Shown: in pieces, positions 25,129-38,398 of the stretch | Layout of the letters: each line of letters begins with the position of its first letter | Numbering within the stretch: the stretch's first letter is position 1 | NCBI GenBank assembly: GCA_035084275.1 | Contig: CM068743.1 | Coordinates: 112,840,001-112,904,000, forward strand | Length of the DNA stretch: 64,000 nucleotides | Reading direction: 5' to 3' | Source: Hydrolagus colliei | Taxonomy: Eukaryota | Translations under genes and position numbers: made by a program | The notes under the pieces: model-generated | Told to the model about the DNA's origin: nothing | Database searches by the model: none | What the model saw: only the letters and a program-made list of their open reading frames with translations

Positions 25129-25400
25129 CAGGTATTCCCCGATTTATGACAAAGGTTGTGTTCCTGAAAAAGTCATGTAAATCAAAATGTTGTGAATCGA
25201 AACACGGTTTCCCATGTGGTCCCATTATATAACACATATATACACTATATGCAGCGCATGCGCAAAAAAGATGGGGAAATTTTTTTTGTCATTAAAATGA
25301 AACTAAATGTTGTATATCGATTTTAAAAAAAGTGTTAAAAAATTATGTTCGTTAAATCGAAACAGCATAAATAGAAATGTCGTAAATCGGGGGATACCTG
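25129..25400. mobile_element. Tigger-like MITE
   Basis: TA|CAGGTATTCCCCGATTTA ... TAAATCGGGGGATACCTG|TA. Confidence 0.88.
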
Positions 25401-25466
25401 TATTTGTAGATTTGAAGTGGTAGTTTTCTACCCTGTGGCTCGAGTGTTGCTCTGGGGCCACATTGT

Positions 25467-25761
25467 GGAGTTCTGTAGCTCAGTGGTTAAAGCACTCGCC
25501 TTACAAGCGTGAGACCTGTGTTCAAATTCAGGCAGGTCAGGGTGAAACCTTGGACAAGTTTCTTTACCCCATACGCCTAATAATAATCCCCCCCAAAAAA
25601 ACACAATAATAAAATTGGTCATTTCAATCCATGATTGTTTGTGGCACACTGCTGTGCGCAATTGGCTGCTGCGTTTCGCCCACAAATATACAGCCAATTC
25701 ACTGCGCTTTGAGACGTCAATAAGCTGTGAAAAGCGCTATATCAAATGCAAGGATTATTAT
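25467..25761 (+). mobile_element. SINE family A
   Basis: Full-length copy with a small deletion. Confidence 0.9.
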
Positions 25762-26670
25762 AAAATTATCTCAACCTGTTGCAAGTCCATTTCAGTGCTC
25801 TATTGTGTACGCTTACAGCTACCTGGAAAGCCTAACTCATAATGCTCCAGTCCTTGTTGCCAGAACTAGTTAAACTTTACAAAGCGTCAACATTCCTGGA
25901 TCATTCAATAGTAAACTGCTGTTGTGAGCCATCGGTGCTGCAGTGGGGCGGTACAAAATGGCAAAGTACTTGAAAGCATTTTGCAAAATTGTGTTCCACT
26001 GTAATGATTAATTGAAATACACAACTTCAAAGCAGTAGAGACGCCTGGCCTTGGTAACAGTTTATCTCAGTGTGTGAACCTCACATCGTTAAAAGGGCAC
26101 TGTACTGATAAAACTGTGTTTGGCTAATTGCTTTATGTGTGTGGGGGGTGGGCGGGCGGGGGGTATTCTGACAAAGAAGATTTGCACTCGAGACGTCATG
26201 TTGTGTTTAATGGCGATTCATGTTTGCAAACAAGCGAAATATTTATGGCAATCACTTCCTGACAATAGTGGGTGCATTAACACTCCCCAAGTCACGTGAG
26301 TTGCCTTTTGTTACTCTTCGTTACACTTCTACCCACTACTTGAAAACCTCCTGACTGGGTTAAAGGGTTAAACACACGGCACCATTGCTTCATTTAACCC
26401 AGAGCATATTGTTGATTCACAGTCCTTCAATTGACGTTTTAGCCAAGTAACCTGTTTTTAAATAGCTGTAGAACACTATGAATGGAATTCAAGGGTGCAA
26501 AACCTAAATGCTAACACTATGATTTGAACTCTGTGCACTGACAGAAATGTCAAGGAGTATTTTAGTGCTGGTAAGTGGAGCATGTTCCTTTGGCAGCAAT
26601 CACAGCCCCCTCTAGGTCTGGTACCAACATATGTCTCAGCCCCCACTCACATGGAGATTGCTCCAATGTA

Positions 26671-26868
26671 CAGTAAAAGCCCATTTATCCGTGACCCGAT
26701 CAACCTTAACTTCCGAAAAACCGGCACCTTAAAAAAAAAGTCCGCATTCGATTAACCGGAATTTATCCGGCACAATGCATTTTTTTTGTGCTTTCAGCCG
26801 AATATCCAGCACGCGCTTTAACCGGTATTGGCTGGGTCCCGAGGTGCCGGATAAACGGGCTTTTACTG
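26671..26868. mobile_element. Tigger-like MITE family B (~200 bp)
   Basis: TA|CAGTAAAAGCCCATTTATCCG ... CGGATAAACGGGCTTTTACTG|TA. Confidence 0.9.
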
Positions 26869-27026
26869 TATTATTTCCTAAACCAGTCATCCTGTGGCCA
26901 CATGATTGAGACCAAACATCATCATCCATTAGAAGCAAGCAGTATTGTGCTGTGAGCCCTTTATCTGTCTGTGAAGCTGAGACTTTTTGTTGTGATAGGA
27001 CTCTAGACCAAATACAATTATTTTAG

Positions 27027-27086
27027 ACGTGGCAATGAATATGGAATTTAGCAGTCAGGAAGCAGCAGAAAGTAGAGCTCACCACC
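27027..27086 (+). pseudogene. Small candidate exon (D)VAMNMEFSSQEAAESRAHH
   Basis: ttattttag| and |gtaaga, open frame. Confidence 0.3.
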
Positions 27087-28149
27087 GTAAGAACAGTTCA
27101 CATCTCCCATATCAGCATATCTCTCGCTTCTTCTGTGACCAGTATCATCTGAATCCCAGATACACCATTTCTCTCACTGGTCTGTCTCTGCTGTTCTCCT
27201 TTGTTTTGCATCATTAACAACTCTTTAACCCATCATCTCCTGTCCTCCACCCCATTTTCTCCTTCGTCTTTCTTGCGCCGCCTCCCCTCTCTTGTTAGTC
27301 CTTAAAACCGCTCCTCTCACAGTTCAGAGAATCAATTAAAACAGTGATAAGTCGAAGAGAAACAATAGAAAAGTTGGAATGGATAAACTTTGGTTGGGGG
27401 TCAGGGCTGACTTCTGGGGATTTAAAGTCAACTTATTAGCAATATAGCTTAACACAAAATACTACAGATGCTGAAACAATATAGCTTGTTTTGTCTTGTT
27501 TAATGCAGACACTCACTGTTTAGACCTGCTGTATGACAAATCAACTAACATCCTGAGATGGTTTTCAACTTCCCCCTTTGGCAAGCTCTACCCTGTACAT
27601 GGAGTACATGTGCCTATTTCCAATATGCATCAATTTGTATTGAATTTGAGCCATTGCTGCCAAAAGTGACCTATTGAACATTCACACTAGTCAAGGTGTT
27701 AAATCAATATTTTGCTTCCAACAGCTACTGAGTAGTGATATTTATAAATCAAGAAATATTCAATCAAGAATAATCTTATTTGTTTGGAGGATGAAAAAGG
27801 TTTGCTACCACTGTGCTAGCGGAATTTCCAATGTATAGGGACAGTATTCAAATCTTGAATTTGGGGTTTTTTAGATAGTTTAAGTGTTTAGCATTGAATG
27901 GGAACAGAACAAAAATTCTGAGTTGAAAGAAAGCCAATTAGAGGATCAACCAAAGCACACAAGGATCAGATTATGCTTAGATTTTGGATCACCATAAGTT
28001 TAGGTGTTAGCCTGGCTCAGTTGGTGACATTCTCATTTTGAGAGGTGGTGGGTTCCAGCTGCATGTTGGGAATTCGAGATCATGTACCATCAACTACATT
28101 TATTGGAGTCTGTTCAATATGTCCACTCTGTGGGACTTAGAACTCATAT

Positions 28150-28484
28150 AATAATAATAATAATAATCCTTGCATTTGATATAGCGCTTTTCACGTCTTC
28201 TAGACGTCTCAAAGCGCTTCACAGAATGTACTGTAAAGTGAATTGACTGTATATTTGTGGGCGAAACGAGGCAGCCAATTGCGCACAGCAGTGTCCCAAA
28301 TACAGTCGTGGATTGAAATGACCAATTTTATTATTGTAATTCTTTTTGGAGGGATTATTATTAGGCGTGTGGAGTAAGGAAACTTGCCCAAGGTTTCGCT
28401 CTGACCTGCCTGGATTCGAACACAGTTCTCACGCTTGTAAGGTGAGTGCTCTAACCGCTGAGCCGCAAGACTCCACAGGACTCC
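28150..28484 (-). mobile_element. SINE family A
   Basis: Full-length reverse copy. Confidence 0.9.
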
Positions 28485-29184
28485 ATGTAATAAAAATGAC
28501 ATGCGGCAATTTAAAAGCGATCCAAATTATCAGGAAAATCAATTTTTTAAAAACCAGTTTAGACGCACTCAAAACAACCCATGATAAATTGTCCCCAGTA
28601 ATCTCCACACAAAGGTAGTGCGTTCCATCGTAAAATTAGAAAGAGGATATGAATACGGTACCGAGCGAGAAACTGAAGAGACTGGAATCATTAAGGAATT
28701 CACATTCTAAATTAAATTTTAACTTAGATTCATTATCTATGTGTTCGGTTCAGGACATTGATTCTCCCCCCCACCCCCAAGGATTGTCATTTATCTGATA
28801 TAATTGTTTATAAAAAAAATCTTAAACCTTTGTGTCTAATTTCATAACTAGTGGAAACATTTTTGTACCAACATCAATCTCTATTAATAACAATATTACA
28901 CAAGTGTATTCTAAAAAAACCTAGTAAAGCTACCGGTAACCTTTATTACTCTACAATTTTTTTTTGCTAGTGAGAATCAAGCACAGAAAGTAACCATACA
29001 AGAAAAATAAATTAAATATACTCTTAAGTTGTTAGGCTGCAGCATTGTTGGAGATGCTATCTTTTGGATAAGACTGAGGCCACTTCTGCCTGTTCAGGAC
29101 TAATCACCTCCCTTCTACTCGCCTTGATTTACACTGTATCTCTGTGAAGCACTTTAAGTGCTTCAACGTGGAGCATTAGCCTGT

Positions 29185-29490
29185 AGAGTTCTGTAGCTCA
29201 GTGGTTAGAGCACACGCCTTGCAAGCAGAGACCTGGATTCAATTCCAGGCATGGCGAAACCGTGGGCAATTTTCCTTACTCCATACTCATAATAATAATC
29301 CCTCGATAAAAAAACGATAATAAATCGGTCATTTCATTCACAATTGTTTGTGGGACACTGCTGTGCGCATTTGGCTGCCGCCTTTCGCTCACAAATATAC
29401 AATCAATTCACTTTACAGTATATTCTGTGAAGCGCTTTGAGACTTATAGAAGATATGAAAGCGCTATATGGAATGCAAGAATTATTATTA
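29185..29490 (+). mobile_element. SINE family A
   Basis: Full-length copy. Confidence 0.9.
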
Positions 29491-29732
29491 TCCTTTGTGA
29501 AAGGTGCAATATGTGTGCACATTGTTGTAATCTATTGCAAACAACAACAAAACTACATTTGTAGAGTGCCTTTCAAGTCAGGAGGACGTCCCAAGGTGCT
29601 GAACAGTCAGGGGTCAGGACCCAAGAATATGGGGTGGGGGCAGGGTTTTCTCTAATGCAAGATGCAAAAGCATTTTCTAACATATACTGTACATAATTAC
29701 CTGGAAGCTCTGAATTTTAACGGCAGAATATC

Positions 29733-29983
29733 ATGAATGTACTCAGCAGAATTAACCTAAACTCCATTATGGGAACAAAGGAAAGTGTTTTGTGCAACAG
29801 GATATGTGGGTGTCTTGGCTTTATTAAGATTTGGCTTCCACAATTTGAAAAAGCAAACTGTCAGTATTCTCATGCTCTGTCTGTAGTCAACCAGACAATC
29901 ACAGGTGTTTACATGCATTGGTGCAATGGGTCTAGGGCAAAGGTTAACTTTGAAGAATGTGTTGATGTTTGCAAAGGATGTGG
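29733..29983 (+). pseudogene. TPR exon (CLGFIKIWLPQFEKANCQYSHALSV)
   Basis: TPR consensus spacing L7-G8-F17-A20-Y24-A27-L28; donor |gtaacg at 29984; 5' boundary uncertain. Confidence 0.65.
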
Positions 29984-30141
29984 GTAACGCTGCATATCTA
30001 TATTTGTTGTTCAGTTGTTAAAGAAGAACAATGTCAAATATACTAAGAAATTAATTCCACTTATTTTCTCATGTCCCAGTTCCAATGCCATGTTTCTGGT
30101 TTGAAAAGAAACTCCACTTGTAACGCTTCTTTATCGTTCAG

Positions 30142-30359
30142 GTGAGGCTATTCTTTCTCCATCCAACATGTATTATGGGATGACTGATGGCACTATAGGC
30201 AGCTTGTGTTTTGCAACGAGCTGCGTGATGTTTCTCGGAATGCTGGATGACTGACAGATGTGAGATGTCAGTTGTTTTTCAAATGAATCATAAAGAAATG
30301 GAAAGACGCTGAGAGCTGTAGTGAATCAGTCCTACCCAGAAATGTTATCAACAAGGAAA
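30142..30359 (+). pseudogene. TPR exon remnants (EAILSPSNMYYGMTDGTIGSL; KKWKDAESCSESVL)
   Basis: cttctttatcgttcag| acceptor; long-TPR-like spacing; stops and a frameshift. Confidence 0.5.
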
Positions 30360-30489
30360 GTATTACATTTCACAAGATCACAGGTTGGCAAGGATAAAGA
30401 GCCTTTGAACCATCTAATCTCATCTTCCAGAACACAAACCCGGCCTTACCCCATCAAACTTTTTTTAAAATGGCCGGGGTATTTGTGTT

Positions 30490-33337
30490 CTGGCCTCAAA
30501 TACCGTTCCTACAATCTGCTCCAGATACCCTTCCTACAATCTGATTAACCAATGTCTGGTCCTGGATGAGAGACACATTTCTGTATCTGAAGTCAGCAGG
30601 ATCAAGGCCCTGCTGGTTGGCTCATGCCAGCACCTCAGCTACTGGCAGCATCGGCATCCATGGATGCACACTCCACCTCACTAATCCACTAATCCCCCAT
30701 ATCCGTGCCATCACTAACTGCCTTCCCCCACCTCTGCTATATTGCCCGACTCCACCACTGCCTCACGCCTCAGGCCACCAATACCCTCATACTTGCATTT
30801 ATCACCTCAAGGCTCAACTATGGCAACTGCCTCCTTGTTGCTCTCCCCACTCTTCCCTCCACAAGCTGCAGATCAACCAAGACTCTGCAGCTCGTATCCT
30901 CTCCCATCACCAGACTCCGTGATTCCATCACCCACCATCACCCATCTCCACTGGCACCCCATCAGTAGAGAGGTCTTACAAGGCCTCCCACAGCCTTGCC
31001 CACTCCTACCTCTCTGACCTGCTGACTCTCTACCAACCTGTCTGCTGTCTCTGTCAGTAGGCTCCAGCCTGCTCCTTGTCTACCCCACCCACCCTACCAT
31101 TGGCAGCCAGGTTTTCAGCCTCTTTGCCCCCACCCTTTGGAACTCCATCCCACAATCCCTTCACCATGCTCCCTCCCTTGCCTCTTTCAAGGCCCGACAC
31201 AAGACCCTTCTTTTTGACCGTGCAACTGTCCTCCATTATCCTATCTCACCCCCCCCCCCCCCCACCCACCCATGCTCAATTCCTGACCCCCTGACTGTTC
31301 AGTGCCTTGGGACGTCCTCCCAGCGTGAAAGGTGCTCTACAAATGTAATTTTGTTTGTTAATGTACCCTCTGAGTAAAAAAAAACTTCCTGGTATCCTTC
31401 ACACTTCATAAAATGTTTCCTCTGGCCTCCATGAAGGAGCTGATTCACACTGCGGCATTGCCAGCTATACTTGGTACCTCTCCAAATAACCATTCTTCTA
31501 TAGACCATTTGTTTTGAGTATGGTAGGCATCCATTGGGGTTGTCCATCTCCAATCTCCCATTCCTCTCCAAGGCCCCGGAACGAGTAATTGCTTCCCAGC
31601 TCTGCTCCTTTCTCTCTTGTCACTCCCCCCTTGAACCCGAAGCCAATCAGGTATTTAGGTGTCATGTTCGACCCTCAACTGTCTTTCCTCCCCCACAACC
31701 AAGCAATGACTCGCTCTGCCCTTCCTATCTCCACAATATTGCCCGACTCCTCCACTACCTCATCCCTCAAGCCGTTGAAACCCTCATTCATGCCTTCATC
31801 ACATCCAGACTCGACTACGCCAATGTCCTACTTGTCGGCCTTCCCAATTCCTCCCTCCATAGGCTGCAAATAATCCAGAACTCTGCAGCCTGTGTCCTCT
31901 ACCGTTCCAAACTCTGTGTCCCCATCTCTCCATCCTCGCCCGACTCCATTGGCTCCCCATCACCCAAAGGATTCAATTCAAGATCCTGGTCCTCACCTTC
32001 AAAGTCCTCCATGGCCTTTCCCCACCTTACCTCTGCAACCTCCTAACCCCCTACCAACCTGCCCGCCCCCTCCAGTCAGCAGGTTCCAGCCTGCTCCATG
32101 TCCCCCGACCCACGTGCCCCACCATCAGCGGCGAGCCTTCATCTATTCTCCCCCTAACCTCTGGTATTCCATCCTCCACCTCGCCCACTCCCTTGCCTCC
32201 TTCAAGTCCCGCCTCAAGATCCTCCTCTTTGACAGTCCCATCGGTCACTCCAAATCCCTTCCTTTCCCTCCACCCTCCCTGTTCCCGATCCCAGCTCAGG
32301 TCTGAAACATTGACTGTCCAACGGCTTGGGACATCTGCCTGAAGTGAAAGGCGCTATACAATTTTGTTGTTGTGGTTGCTTATACTATTTTTGTGTGTGC
32401 ACCTCTCCTAATCCCCTGTCCCATTGCCCCTCTATTCCCTTCTCTCTCGTATATAGTCCTATCTTGCTTATCCTACTTACTGATCCTAATGTAATTTATT
32501 CTATTTTGCAATCCATTTTTCAGTTCCAATTTCTTCCCTTCCCCACGTATTAATATGGTTTTTTTCTTGAGAACAATTAATGTCTTGTTTGACCCCGAAC
32601 TGTCCTTACTCCCTCACATCCGTGCCATGACCGGTACAGCCTTCCACACCCCCGTAACATCGCTAGACTCCACCACTACCTCACGCTTCATGCTGCCGAA
32701 ACAATCATCCATGCATTCATTACATCTAAGGTCGATTATGGGAACTCTCTCCTCATCGGCCTTCCCAGTTCCCCCCTTTACAAGCTGCAGATTATTCAGA
32801 ACTCTGCAGCTTGTGTACTCTCCCACACTAAGCTCCATGACCACATCACTCCCACCCTCGCCCATCTCCAATGGCTCCCCATCCCCCAGAGGATCGAATT
32901 CAAGATCCTCGTCCTCACCTTCAAGGCCATTCACGGTCTTGCCCCCGCCTATCTCTCTGACTTGCTATCTCCCTATCAGCCCGCCCGTCCCCTCCGTTCA
33001 ACAGGCTCTGGCCTGCTCCTCATCCTCCATCCTAACCGCCCTACCATCGGTGGCCAGGCTTTCAGCCTCTCTGCTCCCACACTCCATCCCACAATCCCTT
33101 CACCTCACTTCCTCCCTTTCCTCCTTCAAGGCCAGTCTTAAGACCTTCCACTTTGACCGTGCCTTCTGCTCCCCTCCTAACTCTTCCCCCCTCTCCTACT
33201 CTCCTTCACCTTCCCCTACTCCGACTACACCCCCACCCCCCACCCTCCCCGCTCAGGTCCCGACCTAATTGTTCAGCGCCTTGGGATGTCCTCCCAACAT
33301 GAAAGGTGCTCTATAATGTAATTTTGTTGTTGTTGTT
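30490..33337 (+). mobile_element. Three consecutive 5'-truncated L2 3' ends (~30490-31357, ~31540-32375, ~32580-33337)
   Basis: Each has a variant of AFITSRLDY..LQIIQNSAA..LHW.P and the L2 tail ending in (TTG)n. Confidence 0.9.
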
Positions 33338-34609
33338 AATACATTCCCCCCAAATTTTGCTGTGTTTAAACAAAAACTGTCTTGTTTTAGACTCCACTTT
33401 CTGAAACATATGTTGTCTGTCAGGCTGCTGACAGCTTTCAGACAAAAGGCTAATGCTGGAATTACTGTGGGATTTTGTCCTTTGATTTCACATTAGTGTT
33501 CCATTAACTGCTCTGGTGTTACTCAGAAGTGAGTAAACATTGATTTTCTGTGGTGCGCAATGAATATTCCCACTATATTGCAAATCCTGGCGTCAAAGCT
33601 GAAATCAGCTGTCTCAAACCATTTCCTTACTAGTCCTATGAATTTTAATATTTCATACTGTGTGAAGTAAAATAGATGCTTTTTCAAAAAAATGACTACT
33701 TTAACTGGGCAATTGTAGTATAAATATGGCAATGCTACATTTTCTTTACTAAACCTAAATCCTTGGCAAAAATGCATTTGCATTTCGGAATCATCACCAG
33801 AGAACTTTATTTTCCGCTCAGCTAGTTCTTTAGCAAACAGCTTGCCTGGTCAATGTGAGAACAATTTGTAAAATTGTTAATTGTGTTGCGATAGATACTG
33901 CATTAAAGTCTGGTTGAATAATGTAATTTATGGAGCATATTTGACAAGAGTTTCATCCAAACAGAATATCTGTCCAATTAACCTTAAAACAGTGATGTAA
34001 ATATTATATGACCATAGGAGCAATTGTTCAGCTCTGAGCACTCAAAAACTTCTACTTGTGTTTTGCTCTTAATTGTTTCATCAAGTTAGGTCAAGTTTAG
34101 AGAAGTACAAGAATGTGTTGGTATCAGGTCAGAAATAACTGGGGATCTCCTAATAACTCATCCCTCAACCAGTGTTCTAACACTGAAAAGACAATGCACT
34201 CTGCTTAACCTTTACCAAACTAGAGAATAAATTGGAAACTTGTAATATTATTTTAAGAGCATTAATCCTCATAAACCATTGAGCAGATTTGCTCGCAGAT
34301 ACACTGGTGTGAATATGTCAGTGGAATACAAAGTGGGAGATGTACTCAATATCACAGATCAATGAGGAGAGGAATGCTGGTGGGAGGATATAACATGGGA
34401 GCTAGTGTCAGGAGATGGATTTCTGGTATGTGAAATATGAGATGGTGAAGTAATTGAGAGCTCTGTTGAAATGAGAGAAACTGTGACATTCTCGGAAGGT
34501 ATTTAAGGAGTGAATAGTGAACAATGGGGAAGGGCACAGGCAGAGGGAAGATATCAAAAAGGTACATTTCTGTTAACTGAAGAGATGATAGGTTTTTCTT
34601 CCCCTTAAG

Positions 34610-34782
34610 CGACTTCAGAACCGTGTGTGAAAAAGCTGATTGAATGTGAAAAGACTTGCAAAGTAGGAGAGAGCTGAGAAATTCTTCCTCAGGTTCAGCT
34701 TGGCAAACCTATTTCAGCCAACTTTGAGAAATCAGAACCGTGGAGAAGTTATGCATATAAAATATCTAGACTCCTTGCTACA
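34610..34782 (+). pseudogene. TPR-like exon with one in-frame TGA (34675)
   Basis: tttttcttccccttaag| and |gtatgt; contains QVQLGKPISANFEKSEPWRSYAYKISRLL. Confidence 0.55.
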
Positions 34783-35268
34783 GTATGTTACCACAGGGCT
34801 CATCTCTTTAGAGATCAGATGTCTTTCAGTGCCTCTCAATGCACAAATATATTTGCTGCTGTAAAAGTCCTTCCCTGTGCATTCCCAATAATAGTATAAT
34901 AAACCTTGTATTTGATGTAGTGACTTATCACATCATCGAGACATTTCAAAGCGATTCTCAAGAATTTCTGTTAAGTGTAGTGATCGTGTGTTTGTAGGCG
35001 AACAAGTGTTCGATAATGAAGATATAAAGTAGACCATGGTGCTGATGTATGTCAAATGTTTCATTGATCTGAAGTCTTACTTTGAAATGCACAGCATGTG
35101 AATTATTTTATCATACTCCAAATCACCATCTTTGCTGCCGTAGACAATTCTCATGTCAGCAGATTGTTTCAGGCCAGTCCCTGTTTAGTTTCATTGTAAC
35201 CGTTCACTGAATCTGCCCGTCTTTTAGTTACAGTACTTGCTCTTTTATCAGTTGTCGCTCTTCTACAG

Positions 35269-35338
35269 ATACAGAGCATTAGAGAATTACTGTTAATAGT
35301 TCCATGACTCCCCACTCCATGGGTTTCTTAACTACAAG
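35269..35338 (+). pseudogene. Small TPR-like exon YRALENYC**FHDSPLHGFLNYK
   Basis: ctcttctacag| and AAG|gtcagg. Confidence 0.4.
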
Positions 35339-36958
35339 GTCAGGTGTCTCTATCAGGGAAAGGAAGGAGTACAATTTGCTGTCTACTGTCCTCTGATGCT
35401 CTCCCACTATCATTTCACCTTTCGACACCTCTCCCTACTTTCAAAAAGATAATAAAATCCCACTTCTTTGACTATGCTGTTGGTCACCACAAAATTACTC
35501 AACGTTTTTTTCAGTGCCCACAGGACAGCATTTTTAACCATTCAAAAGAATTGTGTAATAATAGAAGTTACTGCACAGAAAGGAGCCTTTGTACCTTTGC
35601 CCTCTTTCTGAAACAGCTATACGTACACGCCTACTCCTCTTTCCTTTCCCCTCTTTTTCAAGTATTTGACAAGTTCCTTTCTAAAAGCTATTACAGATTT
35701 TGCTTCAACCACCTTTTTAAAAATAATAATAATCCTCTCATTGGAAATAATGGCTCATCACGTCGTCAAGACGTCTCAAAGCACTTCACAGAATATGCTG
35801 TGAAATGATGTGAATATGTGTATCTTGTGGGCAAACGCAGCAGCCAATTTGTGTACAGCAGTGTCCCACAAACAGTCGGGTGAGTGACTAATTTTATTTG
35901 GGAGATTGTTGGCCTGAACATCAGGAGAAACTCCCTTCTCTTTTCGAATAGTGTCATGGAATCTTTAACACCCACTGAGATAGGCAGACAGGACAGAACA
36001 ACAGCATCTCGTAACAATCCAGCAAACCCTCAGCACTATATCAGAGTGTCAGCCTACACCACATAATACTCCTTGCGTTTGATATAGTGCTTTTCACATC
36101 TTCTAGGTGGCTCGAATATACTGGTACTGTAAAGTGAATTGATTCACTTGATTCACGTATCTATGTGCGAAACTCGGCAGCCGATTGTGCTCGGCAGTGT
36201 CCAACAACATCAACAACCTGTGCCTACATAACGGCCATCAGCATTTTACACATATGTAACTGTTTGTATAAGTGCAAGCTTTTGAGAGAATCATAGTCGG
36301 GCTGCTCTTGAGGGTTGCTGTTTCAGAGCAATATTAGCAGAGGGTTTACAGCTTCCTTCCTCCTTGCGTGGAAGTGTGTAACTCTCATGCCCATAAGCAG
36401 CACGTTTCAGATCGGCAACTACAGTATTTGGAATGTACCTACATCCCTCAAATAACAGCAGAGCTCCGTTTTTGTAGTACTTCTCAAACTGAAAGTGTTT
36501 CTTCCCGTTGAGATTGATTGATTGGTGACACATTTAAAAGGTTTTTGTACTTTAATATCCATTGGCAATTAAGCAGTGGTTACCCAAAGGTAATTTATTG
36601 CAACTCTTTATGTTCTAGTACCTCTTCAAAATTTGAATCCTCCAAGGAATTTGAATATTTAAGATTTTCAATTAAATAACCCATGGTTATTTATTCTTGG
36701 AAAACGTACTGTGTACCAATCACTCTGTCTCTCATGCCCTCTTCTCAATTTGTTTTTCAATCATTGATTGATCCATAATCCAGGTTCTGTTGAGCAAGAT
36801 CTGAACTTTGTGTAAGGAACATAGGAGAACAGGAAGAGGTCATTCAGGAAGTGGCTCGCATTCTTAATTTCTCTCAGTATCCTGATAGCTTTAATTCCCA
36901 CATGGGCCAGTGTCTGGGTGCAGTTTTATCTCCCCCCCCCCACCCCCCCATACCTACA

Positions 36959-37263
36959 TGGAGTGCTGTAGTTCAGTGGTTAACATATTCACCTTACAAG
37001 CGAGAGACCTGGCAGGTCCGGGCGAAACCTTGGGTAGGTTTCCTTACTCTACACGCCTGATAATAATCACTCAAGGGGAAAAAACCTAATAATAAATTGG
37101 TCATTTCAATCCACGACTGTTTGTGGGACACTGCTGGGCTCAATTGGCTGCTGCGTTTCGCTCACAAATATACAGTCAATTCATTTTACAGTATATTCTG
37201 TGAAACTCTTTGATTCGTCTACAGGATGTGAAAAGGTATTTGTCAAATGCAAAGATTATTATT
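36959..37263 (+). mobile_element. SINE family A
   Basis: Near full-length copy. Confidence 0.88.
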
Positions 37264-38291
37264 GAGCCTGTTCTGTCAGTATATCAGAATTTAGCATATC
37301 TTTTAATCCTATTGCCATGTCCTTTCACCATACTCTTAATATCCCCATTATCCAAGTATCTGTGTTGAATTTGTGTGCAACTGGGTTGGATTTGTCTTTT
37401 CCTAGAAGTCTTGGAAGTTCTGAAAATGTCACTGTATTTTCACTTAAGTAATGATTATAAAGTGTTATTAACATGAATTGGGCTAGTGTGCTGGCTCTTA
37501 GTTCTAAAGTGCCTCATATGCAGAGAGAATGTGGGGAGGAGTATAGACTATTTTACCTGCCTATATGAACAAGTACTACTACAGGCGTGAAATCTGTTGT
37601 TGTGGTATCTTTTTCACAAGATAATTTTCTCCCTTCTCTCCTCTCTAGGATAGTTTTGATTCCTTTTTGCTTTGTGCTGGGAGCAAATTGAGCCAATTAC
37701 CCTCTGATACTTTGCCCAAGAAGTCATTATTTATTCCAGCCTTAACAGCTCAATGGGGGAAAAAAATCCCAGTTGAAGCTCATCTTGTCTTCACCCAAAC
37801 CTTCAACAACAACAAAATTACATTTGTATAGCGCTTTTCACGTCAGGAGGACGTCCCAAGGCGCTGGACAATGATGGTAGGGAGGTGTATGCTAATAACA
37901 CATTGCATGCAGTCTGTGGCACATTGTAAGTTGACCCAGCATCCTATTGCTCTGTGGTATGATGTATTGAAGTTTCAATCAGTGGTGCCAATTTAAAACT
38001 AACATTGTCTCTGTGTTTCAATGGATTTCCCCCTTTCTTTCAAACCCCTTTTTCCTGCCTGCATTGCTTTCCTATCGTCTTTCAGTCATTCCACAGAACT
38101 TCCAATGTCTATCATCAGTTCTGCACTAGTTGGTCAACAAGAGGATGCATTTGATATGTTTGTCAAGTGCTTTGAGATGTTTTTGTGTGTGAAAGATGCT
38201 GCAGTAAATGCTGCTTGTTATTTATGGGGGGATCAGGGTCTCCCTCCTAAATATTGTATTCTCTTTTATTTCTATTTTTCACCTTTTGAAG

Positions 38292-38389
38292 CACGGTGGA
38301 TGGCACGGATAGTTACAAATTTGGCAAGCATCCTGAATAGTTCAAACTTACTGCAATGAGGTTGGCTTGGTTCCAGAGAAGCATCAAAG
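38292..38389 (+). pseudogene. TPR exon MARIVTNLASILNSSN / AWFQRSIK (frameshift)
   Basis: Long pyrimidine tract then gaag|, donor AAAG|gttagg; the AxxxxNLAxxL motif is typical of kinesin-light-chain/NPHP3-type TPRs. Confidence 0.6.
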
Positions 38390-38398
38390 GTTAGGATA

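Noticed and set aside
25467-25545. tRNA-Val/Ala genes at SINE heads
   Set aside because: No proper acceptor stem, and each continues into the SINE body and tail.
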